From Eledone cirrhosa (Eukaryota): a stretch of 64,000 nucleotides of DNA. The notes under the pieces are model-generated. The model did no database searches. It was given only the letters and a program-made list of their open reading frames with translations, and had not been told where the DNA came from. Position numbers and translations under genes: made by a program. The stretch's first letter is position 1, and each line of letters opens with the position of its first letter. Below, piece by piece: positions 39,969 to 54,045 of this stretch. The stretch spans positions 11,539 to 75,538 of the forward strand of contig CAXHJY010000531.1 of NCBI GenBank assembly GCA_964016885.1, given 5' to 3'.

Positions 39969-41442
39969 TTGTTTCTACTTTTGGCACAAGGCCAGCACTA
40001 ACCCAGTACATTACTGGTACTTTATTTTATCGACCCCGTAAGGATGAAAGCAAAGTTAACCTTGGCGGGATTTGAACTCAGACCATAAAGGGCCGTAACT
40101 CTTTGCTGCAAAGCATGGCGTCCGACTCTCTACTGATACTGCCAATATATAATATAATATAATGCAATGCAATGCGATGTGATGTGATGTGATGTGATGT
40201 GATGCGATGCGATGCGATGCGATGCAATGCGATGCGATGCGATGCGATGCGATACGATGTGAACGGCAAAGCATAAATGACCTAAGTGAGGGATCAGATG
40301 CTGTTTATTTGAGAGAAGACTACGTTGGTATGGTCACATGATGCGCATGAAAGAGGACAGTTGTATAAAAAGGTGCAGGGCGATCAAAATTGATGAAAGT
40401 TACGGGGTAGGTAGACCCAGACCTACCTGGGATGATTTGATAAACTCCGACCTTACACACTTACACCTCTCTAAGACAATGTCACTGGACCGAGATCTTT
40501 GGCGCTACGCAGTAATACAGAAGACCCGCCTTGCCTATGTACAAAGCGAAAGCTACAGTCAGTAGGCACCTCTTAACCAAATATACACCCCCATCCCACT
40601 ACCCCTACCCCCAATCCCATCTACACCACCCTTTCTCTGTAAAGTTATGTTGGTACCACAACATCCAGTCCAAAATAAATGAGGTTGTCTAGGTGTCACG
40701 ACAAAAAAAACACACAGTCCACGCTGTAATGTGGGTAACACGGTAAAAACCTCCCAGTCCACACTGTAAACGTGGTTGGTGTTAGGAAGGGCATCCAGCC
40801 GTAGAAAACCTGCCAGATAGTCCTATACGAGCGAGACATGGTCACCCAACCAATCTTGCCTCAAGTGGGACAATTCCCGTCTAAATCCATGCTAGCATGG
40901 AAGATAGATGTTAAACGATGATGATGATGATGAATATAATATAATATAATTGTTTCTACTATTGGCACAAGGCCAGCAATTACCCCAGTACATTACTGGT
41001 ACTTTATTTTATCGACCCCCGTAAGGATGAAAAGCAAAGTGAACTTCGGCGGGATTTGAACTCGCACCATAAAGGGCTGTAACTCTATGCTGAAAAGCAT
41101 GGCGGCGTCCAACCTTCTACTGACACTGCCAATCCCCCAAATATAATATGAGTAGCACTAAATTCTTTGTAAACCAGGTTTAAACTGCAGCTTGAAAATC
41201 ATTTAACTTCCATAACTAAATCACATATAGCTTGGTAGAACCGGTAGAGTGTTAGTGAGAATACCTTGCCATATTTAGTTATGGACCTTTAACTTTTATG
41301 TTGAAAACATACCAAGGTTGACTTTGACATCCATCCTCCTGGTGAACAGAAACATATGGTACCGGTGAAGTACTGGGGTTGATTTAGCATTGTTTTTATC
41401 TATATAGTGATTGTTATTGTTATATGTTCTTCTATTTTTCAG

Positions 41443-41533
41443 GTCCTGGTACCAAATGTGACATGAAAACAGCTACACAATGTGCCCAAGATAGCGCACC
41501 CATCGTTGACAGAAATATCCGCTTTCTCCTTAA
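41443..41533 (+). CDS. Gene B coding exon 4
   Basis: tttttcag|GT..AA|gtaagt; PGTKCDMKTATQCAQDSAPIVDRNIRFLLN. Confidence 0.85.
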
Positions 41534-41562
41534 GTAAGTCTCTTTAAGAATAATAATACTGA

Positions 41563-41590
41563 CTAGCAGAATGGCCCGGCGTTGCTCGGG
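41563..41590 (-). mobile_element. Helitron 3' terminus; degenerate relative at ~38318-38347
   Basis: Minus strand CCCGAGCAACGCCGGG hairpin followed by CCATTCTG-CTAG|t. Confidence 0.65.
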
Positions 41591-42031
41591 ATTTGCTCTA
41601 GGGTTCTTATATATTTGATATATATTTATCCTTATCAAGCCTCATGAAATAAATATGTTTGTTTATATTTTGTTATTGTGTATGCAAAAATATCTGTACA
41701 CGAATATATAATTATATATATATATATATATATATTAAAATAACAGATTAAAGTTTAAGCAAAGAATCGCTGAATATCTGTGCTGCAGGTAGTGGTTTGA
41801 TGTTCATTAGGGCAAATTTTCTAGTTAAATAACATCAATAACAGAGATATCAGATATTATTGCTGCCTTTCATCTTTCTAGGGTAAAAAAAAAATGAAGT
41901 ACCAGTCATGTACTGGTGTTGATTTAATCAAATTTGCTGACCTTGATCTTCAATTAAAAATCAATAATTATTGCTAAACTGTTAACATATATTCTAACAT
42001 GTATTCTATTTCTGTATGTATTTATTTCTAG

Positions 42032-42113
42032 TGCTTTTTCTGGCTTTAAACAATGCTTGAATAATGGCAAATGTACAACAACTGCCGGTCTATTGAGGAA
42101 CCAGTGGTGCTTG
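42032..42113 (+). CDS. Gene B coding exon 5
   Basis: tttctag|T..TTG|gtcagt; AFSGFKQCLNNGKCTTTAGLLRNQWCL. Confidence 0.83.
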
Positions 42114-43959
42114 GTCAGTTATATTTCTTTATTTCATATCTTATCTTATGTTCTGTTGATGTTGAAACAAATAATTTCTACTGAAGGTGTGGATATTAAG
42201 AGTTCTTTTTAAAGTTGTTGTTGTGGTGATAGTTCAGACCAGGCTGGAGCACACGAATGGTATAAAGTAGTTGAATACATGACAAAGTGTCTTTAGTAAT
42301 AAGTATTTTTGTTGTAATGGTAGCAGAAAGGTATTCAAGAGAGATTCACAACAGTACAATTCATAAAGGTAGCAATTCGATGTTGGACTTATATGTAAGT
42401 GTAGCTGGAGGCATTCGGACTTACCTTGCGTCTTTGAATCACTTTGGCGAGAGTCGTTCCACTCTCCATGTGGGGTACTTCCAACAGCACCTGTCTTCAT
42501 GCGACACGTCTCCTCACGGTGCCAACTGCCCGCCACTTGGTCCCTCATGTCGCCTTCCGTCCTCCTGCTTCTGGTCAGGCGTCCCCCAACTTCCGGCAAT
42601 CCCCCTCCCACAGCAGCCCCACACGCCCCCTTTATCTCACGGCAGTCCCACAGTTCGTAGTGATTACTACTTCAGGAAAATGGAGATGAAATAATGATGT
42701 TCATTTTCCATGGTAGCGGAAAAGATGAGAAAGCATATTTCAAAACATAATAAAGATTTATTTTCTTCTTCATATTAATACAAGTACAAGGCGAGTGAAG
42801 AGGTGCAAACTTATCACATAATCAAGTTGAATGATAAATGTAATTCTCTGCAGAATTATATATCGAGATTACCCTCGGCTTTAGAGGGCAAGATCAAGAA
42901 AATCAGGAAGTAAGTTACACAATACTGTTCAGTAGAAGATCCTGAATGTAACTGCGTGAGAATTGATAATTAGGCACGAAATTGACTGCTGGGCGAAAGT
43001 CGTTCTTAGTATTCCTATGCCACCAACCCTAAGGGCTGGCGACTAATCAAGCACGACCAAATTACTCTGCCGCGATAAAGTAGCACTATTGCTTGCTATT
43101 TGTCCATTACTTCAGATATAACATATATACTCATAGTTAAATACTGTACACTTCATATACTGCTTCTTGTATGTGCGTTGTGGGAGTTTTCCAGTATCTA
43201 TGGAACTGGGTGTGTCCTGTATCAAGTTAGTAGGTCATGTTATCACTCAATTGTCCAGTTTGTTTCCTATATGTTTGTTGTTGTTGTTTAGCCCCAGGTG
43301 AGACTTGATCCAACAGACCTATTATCAAAGAGAGAGAGCCATCTTTGATCATTGTGTGTTTTTCAAACACTAGAATTTTTTCAAAATGCTAACAAGTGTG
43401 CGTATGTGTGTAAGTACATATGCATACCTTTATATGTATGAGTTTTATAAATATAAACGTGCAAACACATACACACTTACAAAAATACATTCACACACAC
43501 AAATACATTTACACAAACACACACATACACTCACACACAGTGTAGCAAATGGAACGTCAGCTGCTGTTTTGCTATAGTTTTTTCACCATCCCCTTCCTTC
43601 CTTTTACATATACATACATTCACACAAAAACACCCATTGTATAAAAGGACAGATGGATGGAAGTTGGTGAAATTTATTTATAGATAATGTATCCTACATT
43701 AAAAACAATTCGTATCATAGTTGGAGTATGTTTGATCATATGTCTACTACTACTACTGCTACCCCCCCCACACACACACACCACTACTACTACCACCACC
43801 TCCACCACCACCGCCACCACCACCACCACCAACACCACTATCACTACAACTAGTAGTAGTAGTAGTAGTAATAGCAGTAGTAACAGCAACTATGAACATA
43901 CATATTACATGTTATTGAAGGTTCACAATTAATTTTCGATTTCCTTTCCTTTTGTTCAG

Positions 43960-43968
43960 GAATTGTAA
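43960..43968 (+). CDS. Gene B probable terminal coding exon (EL*)
   Basis: ttcctttccttttgttcag|GAA TTG TAA; AATAAA at ~44078 and ~44123. Confidence 0.68.
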   Translation, partial: EL

Positions 43969-44554
43969 ACTAACCAAAAAGTCTCTCAGGAAAAAAGAAA
44001 CATGAACTAACGACACACATCATTACATCCTTCCAGCTTTTCTCAGTTTTTTGGTTTTCTTCATGAAACGTTTCTCCAATAAAATTCTTGCAAATTATTT
44101 TCTTTGTTTCTGTCATTTCTTGAATAAATTTTCAACAATAATACGATATAATTTATTTATGTAATATATAACAGTAGTAAAAAAAACAACAGAAAAAAGA
44201 GTGGTTAGAAGACCTGTACACTCAATTAGACTCTACAACAAAAGAGGCTGTAGTTTCCTCTAATAATGTTTTAGACAAACCAGCACATACATGGCATTGA
44301 TGTAGAATCTACATAAAATGCTGGAAAACGGGACAAATAACGTATCCTGGTGTCTTTGAAAATGCCAGTAATAGTAACGAAATTTCCAAACAGCCATATA
44401 TTTTATGTATTAGAAAATGCTAGAAAAAGCAGCCAACTCTAACGGTAACCATACACTCCTCATGCTAAATATTTCTTTAAATGCATATCTCATCTCAATA
44501 ATCGTAATCTACACATTTTAATATGTATCTCTAGAAAATTTCATTAACACATAT

Positions 44555-44890
44555 CTAAGGCGGGTAAAATTCCCGAGATCCATGGACGAGTTCTCTCCAG
44601 CGGTCTCTGTCCCTCATTATCGCTGCCACATCCTGCATCTCCAACAGACCAGTGTCTGTCCTTAGGGCATCAACATATGTTAACCTTGGTCTTCCTCTTC
44701 TAGTGTGTCCATGTAGGGGCTCCCAAAGGAGCACTGAGTGCAATGTCAACTCTGGATGTCGGTGAGCATGTCCAGCCAACCTCAGTCTTCTCTGTGTCAC
44801 TTTTGAGCTGACTTTTGGGATGCTCCCATACAGCTCTGAGTTTTTCATCCTCAGTGTATACTGATTAATGTTCAGAGCCATCCTCAGCAT
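44555..44890 (-). mobile_element. LINE (RTE-X-like) 3' fragment
   Basis: QRRLRLAGHAHRH..LLWEP..RRGRPRLTYVD..DRDRWR. Confidence 0.8.
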
Positions 44891-46179
44891 TAACACATAT
44901 GTATGAATAAAGAAGTTATTAAAAACTAAAATCGCCGAGGGGAAGGACTAATTTTATAAATTTTATGGTCAGAGGGAAAGAAATCTTAAAAATTAGTCTT
45001 CACATAGTTATTTCCCTTTGTTGCGTCCATTGAAAATGGCTACCTTATGTTAGAAACAGCAGCGATAACGCTTAAAAAGCACGACCTGTTTATCTTGTAA
45101 CATGCTAGATTTAGCAACCAAATCACTCTCAGATACATGCCTCGTCTGATGTAGAAAATGGTAGAAATAGCAGCTAAATATCGTTGTGTGAATGTGGATA
45201 TATATATATATATATGCTTGTGCGTGTATTATACACACACATATATAGAGAGAGAGAAAAAGAGAGGGGATAATACAATGTATTTTAATTAATATGTACC
45301 CTGCATTTGTAATGGAATAATTAAACAATTAATTCCATCCCACACCACCCTGTAATCTGAACATCAAATTGGCGAGCAGGGTTGAGATAAAGCAAGGATA
45401 ATATGAAATTATTACACCGGTATCATAATTAGTATAGCACCGCTATTTTTTTAAAGTGCTTTCGCTTCTTTATTTAATAGAACTGTGTCTAATTAATTTA
45501 AAGCCACTCACAAACATACTCCGGTCTCTCACCCTCAGATGTTCTGTCTTCTACAACACCTTTTAAAACAATGAAAGGTGCATTCAACGATATAGTTGTG
45601 GGTACCCAAATAGTCATATAAACACAGGATGGTCACGGCAGGAATTCCATCGATTACACACATGTCGGGTCATCTTGTCTTGCTCGTTCAAGACCTGTGA
45701 TTAAAAGTAAACAACAGCAGCATGTCTCTACGTGTTCGCTCCACTTGCTAGAAATAACAGCCAAGTTTCCTAAGAATTACGAAGATGAATTAGCTGTGAC
45801 ACATGTAAATGTAATCTTTTATTTTTGTAGGAAGAGATTAACAATGTTTTTACTATTGATTACGTCTAGATCTTAGTATATGTAAATATATGTCTTGATC
45901 GCTCGGGTCTGACCTGTGAATGAAAGTAAACAACAGCTGCCTTATTCATACATACACATATACATGTATCTATGTATGCGCGTGCGTATATATATATATA
46001 TGTATGTGAAATTCTTACACGGGGGACATAATGAAGTTATACACCGGTATTTTGAAAACTTGTTGTCTGGATCAATGAGATTCTAGCGTTGACCAGCATG
46101 TGTATATGAATGGCGAATTCTTCACTTGCGAAGATCAGTGGGAAGAATTGTTGTTCTGTTATGTACGATGGCACTCATA

Positions 46180-46645
46180 AAGTGGCTGTAGAGGCCAGTC
46201 CCGGAGCTGTAGGCTCTGGTACGGTTGGGATATGTATGTACTTGGTCGGTTGGTGGTTGGGTGGCGGACAGCTTTCTTCTTTGAAGTTTGTCTTCAACTG
46301 CCACCTTCCTCTCAAAGCTGGCTGCAGCTGTTTTGATGGTCACTCTACATTTCTCTCTGTGTTCTCCCGCTTGAGTTGGTCCTTGAAGCGTTTTCAGTTG
46401 GCCCCTTGGTTTCGCTTGCCTTGAAGTAGTTTATCGTATAAAACAGCCTTTGGCATCCTAGAGTGGTTCATACGCGAGACATGGCCTGCCCAGCGGAGTT
46501 GTCTCAGCATCAGCATGCTCTTAATGCTTGGGATATCGGTCCTCTTGAGAACTTCCTCGTTTGTGACATAGTCCTGCCAACAGACGTCCTTGATGGAGAA
46601 AAGGCATCGCTGATTGAATCTTTCCAGTAGCTTATATAGGTCCAA
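46180..46645 (-). mobile_element. RTE/BovB-like LINE 3' fragment
   Basis: RQLRWAGHVSRM..RMPKAVLY. Confidence 0.8.
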
Positions 46646-47609
46646 CTTCTTTTCTACAGTTCCTTAAAATGTTTCCGCATAAAAGAACTGGTGTAAACCT
46701 CCTTTCAGATGTAACCTTGTAGAAGATCAGTGTATATTTATATATATATGTGTGTGTGTATATAAATATATATTATAAGAATTTTCTGCACTATAGCCAT
46801 ATATGTATATATATATTTTTTTTATTTAAGTGTTTATTTGTGAGCGTTGTGTTTGCACCACCTTAATTCATAAATTGTGGTGTAAGTAGGATTAAGCACT
46901 CTATGTCAGTTGTATGTATTCAATAGTGATATAAGATTGCTAACAATGAAGTATTTGTATATATATATATATAATGTTGTTTTTTTCTCTTTCATTTCAT
47001 AAAACCAAATACCTACAACTACATTGCACTAAACACACACTATGTATAATGTTGTCAAAGTCCTACGACAATGGACCTAACCGCAAAGTTGCAATATCTC
47101 GCTAGTAAGTAGCAATAACTCTTTCCCTCCAATTCAACTGAGATAACCTCAGTTTATATGTCATATAACATCTCAGATATTAACGTCTGTCTTTACATTG
47201 AAATTAAAAACCTCCCATCATTATTTCATGTAAGAACCATCTTGTTTTGTGTCATATATGTAGTCCTAGATACAGGCCTTACCTTGAAGATGTCACACCA
47301 TACCAACCAATGTAGCACAAATGTCCGAAATGTAGTGCTATCTTTCCAAATAACATGCCTAACCATTAGAAATATATGTTCTGTACCATCTACAATATAT
47401 ATATATATAAGATTAAGGCTTGGTGCAGTCAACTGGCCCAACCTCCCTCATAGAGAGACCACTCATGATCCCGATGTGAGCAGGGTATGGCATGGCCAGA
47501 CCCTCCTCATAATGTCACATGACTCAGGGCTCCACTATAGGTAAGGCCAACTGGCCAGACCTCCCTCATAATGAGACCACCCAGATCCCCAAATACAGTA
47601 ACAGTCCTA

Positions 47610-47821
47610 AGGGGGTGCTGAAAAGTTCCTGGCTTGATCGCTGCTACAGAGGAATGGTTGGAGTTCCAACCTTCTGAATTCTTTTTACATGGCTTAGAAA
47701 AACTGAAGGATTGCTGCAATAAGTGTGTGAATCTGAAAGGGGAATATGTTGAATAAAATCATAATTAACTGATGCTCCTGTATTTTCTTTTATTGAAAGC
47801 CAGGAACTTTTCTGCACCCCT
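47610..47821. mobile_element. Mariner-derived MITE
   Basis: TIRs AGGGGGTGCTGAAAAGTTCCTGGCTT / AAGCCAGGAACTTTTCTGCACCCCT. Confidence 0.75.
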
Positions 47822-50404
47822 GGTGTGTGTGTATATATATATGTATACAAAGAGAGAGAGACTCTAAAGTGTCAACCTGTAGCATTATTGCAGATATAAT
47901 GATTTTATTTTTTTATTGAGGCCAGATTTTAAATTTATTTCTCGGCTACATATTCAGTCGTTGATATAATTAGATAAATAAAACAAGGTAGGGGATAATT
48001 CAAAATTAATTTTGATAGAAACTTTGTTGTTAGTAACCCAGCTACCCCGAACGTCTCGAATACAAAATAAGTTTTTCAAATGTTAGTTTATGTAATATAT
48101 TTTTTACTCTTTATACGTTGTTACTTGTTTAGGGTCTTTTATAACATTTATTTCATCTTTGCTTTATTTATAGTGGGGAGAGTTTAACTGGGTGTAATAT
48201 CTTTCAGATAGAAATTCAATTCCCGGTGTCTGTCATGACATGTCTAAATGTCAGACTAAACCAAGCAGACATTTTGTTCATAGATATTCTTCCAGCCGTG
48301 ACCATCTCGTATTACTTAGTATCTTAGTATTTCTGATATTGTGTATCAAGGCTACCTCACTGGCACCACACATAGATCTTATTGTCTTGCTGTATATAGC
48401 TCCATCTTCAATCTTATTATCCTTTGTTTAACACACACTAACAAACAAATGTAAACAAAATTATGTAAATTTTTACAATTACACCCATTGGATATGCAAT
48501 TTATGTTTTATGACAACCAATCGTCCTAATAGCCTGACGCCAAAACGTTTTTGATGTCATTCATACATATTGAAATTGTGCCCTTGCCCAAACATCTGAC
48601 ACCCATAATGATAATAATAAAGTGCTCCTAGTCCAAATGGCACCCATTGCAAGTACCACACTTCCTAGTTACGCCTCTGATACAAACACACACGCAAATA
48701 TATATATTATGCATACACATATAAGTGTGTGTATTTTAGAATCTCATTGAAGACAATGTTTTGTCTTTAGGTCACATCATCTGGTTGTCTGTTTTGGTAT
48801 TACAAAAGGTTTGGCTGTTCTTTCTAACAATTGGAGTGACCACATCACTACACCAGCATTTAGAAAACAGTGTTGGATAGTACGTTTATGTAAAAGGATT
48901 TGGAAAAAGGAACAAAGCCTCTACAGATCCTCCTAGGACCGATATATGTATAATCAATGGTATTCTAGCCATGACCAACATGTGTATATCTAAAACTACA
49001 TCATTGAATGTGTCCGTCATTCTTTTAAAATGTGACTGCTGTTTCTAGCAGGTTGGGTGATAATTCTAATAAGTAGGATACACTCTTCAAAAGCTTTCTT
49101 ATCTGTGTAGTTTTTATTGTTGGGGCTTGTGTAAAACTTCAGCCCCAATCTAGCTTGACCCCAGTGAACAAAGGTTTAAATGTTACTCCAGTCGTGGTCA
49201 ATGAAGAAGTTTGTATGAATCAGTGCTCTTTAATCCTTCCTGTCCAGAATGTTAGCTTTATGGAACTGAAAAGTAGACTTTTAAAACATACCAGCCATGA
49301 TCATCCTGTGGTTTTATGAGTGTCTAAGACTACATCGTCATAAGTGTCCTTCATTGCTTTAGAACGTGCGAGAGACAAATATTTGGCTGGTGTATAACTC
49401 TGTTAAGACAACAGTCATTAGAAAGCTTTGTAGCATTTGTTTTCATTCTCTGAGTTCAACTTTGCCTTTCATCTAGTACTGGGGTCAATTCTTTTTCTGG
49501 AAGAAATCTGCTGTAATCAGACCTGGAGATGGGCTCTGCTAGGTTTTAAAAATAAGCCCTAGATACGCTGTATGTTCACAGCCAATACACTCAAGTGTTC
49601 TTTAAAAACATTTTTTTCACGTTGCTCCAGTACACTCAACTGAGAGTAGGTAGCAACTAATGAGTGAATCCTGCGATAGACTGGCGTCCTGTCCAGGGAG
49701 AGTCTTGTACTCTCAGACACTTAATGCCATGAAAACCGGTGATAAGCTTAGAACAGACTTAACTTTATATATACACTAAATTTTCGTTTAATCAATACAT
49801 ATATCGATGATGGAAGCCATAGTCTTAAGATACTTATTACCAAAATCGATGGTTTGCATATTTATATTTCCATATTTAGATCTGCCAAAGGTTATGTTAC
49901 GATCCCGAAGTAAGTATATTTACGTGGCCCCTCACAAGGACGATTGACACCTTCTATAGCAGAGGACCATGAAAAACATCAGATGGCACCACCACATTTC
50001 CAACAAAGTGTTGCATGTGTGCCAGCCTACAGTCATGTCCTCCGCCAGATCATTGCTCTCGTTTGACACAAGATGGTTGGATATCATCAGGGAAGATATC
50101 CGGAGGCTCGACATCACCCTGGAGGATGTATAGGAAGTGGTACGAGACCGCTGGTGGACCTGGTCAGCTTAGCATGACCCCGGCCTCGTCGAGCAAGAAT
50201 AGTAGATGTACAAATTACTCAGTTAATATACGGTGACCCTCCTCCCTATCTTATGTTTGAGAAATAGGTAAAAATCCGAATCTTATTTACGTAGAATTTG
50301 AAGTTGGCGAAAATCGCCAAGCTATTGACTCCGTGTATAAGTCAACCCCCTTCTACTATTGATTTCTTTTCAAAAATACTAGTAGTTCCTCAATGGCTAT
50401 ATAT

Positions 50405-51843
50405 CTTGTTATCATCATCATCATTTAACGTCCATGTTCCACGCTTGCATGGGTTTGGACGGGAGTTTTCCCACTTGAGGCAGGAGTGGTTGTCTTGCTC
50501 GCATAGGACTCTCTGGCGGGTTTTCTACAGCTGGATGCCCTTCCTAACACCAACCACATTTACAGTGTGGGACTGGGAGGTTTTTACCGTGTTGCCTACA
50601 CGGCCACATTACAGCGTGGACTGTCTGGCGGGTTTTCTACAGCTGGATGCCCTTCCTAACACCAACCACATTTACAGTGTGGGGCTGGGAGGTTTTTACT
50701 GTGTTGCCTACACGGCCACATTACAGCGTGGACTGTGTGTTTTTTTGTCGTGACACCTACACGATCTCATTTGTTTCGGCACCAACGTAACTTTACATTG
50801 AAAGGGGCGGTGTGGATGGGGTGGGGGTGGTGTGACGGGGCGCGTATTTTGTTAGAGATGCCTACTGACTGTAGTAGGTTTACTTTGTATTTAGGCAAGG
50901 CGGGTCTTCTCTATTACTGAGTACCGCCAAAGATCTCAGTCCAGTGACTTTGTCTTGGAGAGGTGTAAGTGTGCGAGGTCGGAATTTATCAAGTCGTCCC
51001 AGGTTTTTCTGGGTCTGCTTACTCCGTGGCTACCGTCTATCTTTATTGCCCTGCACTTTTTTATACAGCTGTCGTCTTTCATGCGCATCACGTGACCGTA
51101 CCAACGTAGCCTTCTCTCGAGTAAACAACATCTGATCCCTCTTATTTCTAATTTTTCCCTCAGTTCGTTTATGCTTTGCCGTTCACGTATATTACTATTA
51201 TACATCCAGCGGAGCATGCAAGCTTCGTTCCTCTCTAGTCTGCGTATATCCTCTGCACACAATGCCCAGGTCTCACTGCCATGCAACATTGCTGTTCGTA
51301 TGCAGGCATCATACAACCTGCCTTTCATTTTTAGGGAGAACCCTTTAGCGGCTAATAGTGGTATAAGCTCTCTGAACTTTTTCCAACCAGTTCTGACTCT
51401 AGCTACAGTACTTTCAGAGCACCCTCCCCCACTGCTGATTTTGTCACCCAGGTAACGGAAGCTGTCCACTATTTCTATTATAGAACCCTCTGCGCAATTG
51501 AAAGAGCTAGTATTTTGTGGGCACTTGCTGCTACTTATTGCACCAGAGCACCAGCCACATGTAAAAATCTATGTTCTTAGTTAGCTTACCTGTGATCCCA
51601 CTACATCTTTTATGCACCCATACTTTGCATTTGGGACATAAAATGGAGTTTCTACCTACGCCTTTCCTACACACTGAGCATGGCCATTTCCCGGAAGGGA
51701 CCGGCGCCTTATTTTCTTTCCTACAAACTAGAACTTTAGTCTTAGCCAGGTTAATTTTAAGGCCTTTTGATTCTAGGCCGTGCTTCCATGTTTGGAATGT
51801 CTTCTCTAGCTCGGCCATTGATTCAGCTATGAGCGTTAGATCA
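50405..51843 (-). mobile_element. 5'-truncated RTE-clade LINE with (GAT)n tail
   Basis: DDLTLIAES, Cys/His finger, FRYLG, MLHGSETW, RRLRWYGHVMRM, RPRKTW; absent at the homologous site 61180 of the duplicate. Confidence 0.92.
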
Positions 51844-51953
51844 TAGAAACGGAATGACAGCGAGATAACACTCGGAATGTGTCGTTATCTCGCTTTCTTT
51901 CCATTTCTATATTTTAAAAAAAAAAAAATGAAAATGTTAGCTATGACTATTTC

Positions 51954-52095
51954 ACTCAGTAGAATTGCGGCTTGTGCGTGGCGCTGCACGTAGCGTTTCT
52001 GGCTTCGCTGTCGTACTTATGTATGGCTGACCACTCGATCGTGTCTGAAGTTCGAACCGCTGTGAGGGTCAGCCGGGACTATTAGCAGGCCGGCT
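51954..52095 (+). other. Conserved GC-rich, putatively structured element, copy 1
   Basis: 44 nt identical to copy 2; helices kept by G-C/G-U-compatible changes while loops differ; GTTCGAA B-box-like motif. Confidence 0.45.
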
Positions 52096-53673
52096 TGATC
52101 TAATTTTGATTAGTGTTAACTCAGTTTTGTTGTGGAACTCTTCTTTCTTTTTATTTCTCTTTAATAATACCATTTTGGATTTTACCCTCGGTAAAGAGGC
52201 ATGTAAAGTTTTTATTTTTAATACAATGCTAACATACATTCTTGAGATACAAAAATTCGTTTTTATATATATACAAGACACTTTTTCTATTTGGAAACGT
52301 AAATACATTTGTATAAACACTCTTCGCTATATGTATTCTTTCTATTATAAAAACATCCATCTATAGCCGTAACTCATTCTAACACTCGCCGATGTACGTG
52401 TTCTTCAGCATATACATACAATTAAACTAATCTTCTCTAGAAACTATATTCATGGCCACATTCTATTATCGACTGTACAGGGAGGATCCTCTTCTAAAAA
52501 TCATAACTAAATCGTCTTCTCTATAAATTTTTGTAAAGAATGTAATGTTTATTTACAGTGTCTTTTAAAATTCACAGAACAACAACAATTAACTCTCTTA
52601 CACACACATATAAAAGCTACATTTATATATGTAAACGGTCCTCTAACAACTAAACCTCCTATCTGAACGTACATAATTTTATAAATCTTTGTCTATATAT
52701 ATTATACATTTGAATTATTTGCTATAGCTACCTCTCTCTCTACACACATACATTTTATTTTATTTCCTTTATTGTGAAATAAAACCGTCTCCTAACACTA
52801 CAAAATATAACCGAGCCTCTTCTATATACATTATTATGTTCCTGCACAACAACTAGGCCTTTAACCAAACTTCCTAACACAAGAAAATACCCTTCTTCTA
52901 TAGGGCAGATAAATGTATATATAGTATCTAGAGGTTTATAAGAAAACAACCAGCTGTATTTTTATAGAATGCAGACACACATTCTCTCTCGCTATATAAA
53001 ACATCAAACACGTGTGTGTGCATATAAGTAACACCTTCTCTCTATACATACTTTGAAGTATAGAAAAATATTCTTCTGAATACCCTTCTATGTACACAGA
53101 GAGAAACTTAGTGTATATATACACACCAATCTTGTCTATACAAGGGGAAACTGTATTCTATATATATATATACTTTTAAAAAATAAGAAACTAAACACTC
53201 TATTACATATGCCTTTTCATGATGAACGTAGCTCTGTGTGTAATATACACACAGTTGGTTCCGTTTACATATAGAAATCGTAGAGGTTTAGTTTCTCTCT
53301 CTCTAGACAATATTGATGTTAGAGCTGTGTAATCTGAATTGTTTTATATTTATTAATATCTTCGTCAGCTCACCATCAGTTTGAAGAAATAATAAAATGT
53401 AGTATATTTATTTATTGTCCTTTCTTCGGTATGTAGCTACATATATTCTCTTCCTGTATAGAGAGGAAAGTAGACATATATAATAAAATGTAGCTCTATG
53501 TATATAGAGTGTTAAATTTCTTACAGTTATCTCATCTCTGTCTAGAGAAGAAAGTGTGTGTATATATATAGAGAGAGTTTTATACACAGTAAGTTTATTT
53601 ATGTACATATCTCTCATACTTACCAGTATGTATATATATGTCTAAAGAAAGAAAGGTATTAATTTTGTTGTTT

Positions 53674-54045
53674 CTACTGTTCATTCAGTTCATGTGGAAC
53701 CCACTTATCGGACTTTTTCACTTTACCGACTTTAGCTAGGTGAGTTAATATTGTTTGCTTGCTAACACCAAACATCAACGATAATTCATGTGCACTTTGA
53801 GATGGATCTGACTCGATGGTGACTTTCAGCTCGTCATTATCCACCTTTGATTCTGGCCGACCGCGTGGCTCATTCGTGAGGTCAAAGTTACCAGAACGAA
53901 ATTTCGCAAACCAATTTGATACTGTCTGTTGTGTAGTAATATTAGAGCAAAATACACCATTAATATTCCGAGCTGTCTGCGATGCTGTATTTCCACGTAA
54001 GAACTCATATTTCATAATTGTACGAACTTCTGACTTCTCCATCTC
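53674..54045 (-). mobile_element. Mariner transposase N-terminal fragment
   Basis: MEKSEVRTIMKYEF..TVSNWFAKFRSGNFDLTNEPRGRP..KWVPHEL; truncated after WVPHEL. Confidence 0.88.

Noticed and set aside
51954-52095. U11 snRNA, 5.8S rRNA or 7SL identity for the GC-rich element
   Set aside because: Only short scattered resemblances; lacks the U11 5' AAAAAGG and a clear Sm site, the 5.8S GATGAAGAACGCAGC motif and the SRP helix-8 GGAAAC/AGCAG arrangement.
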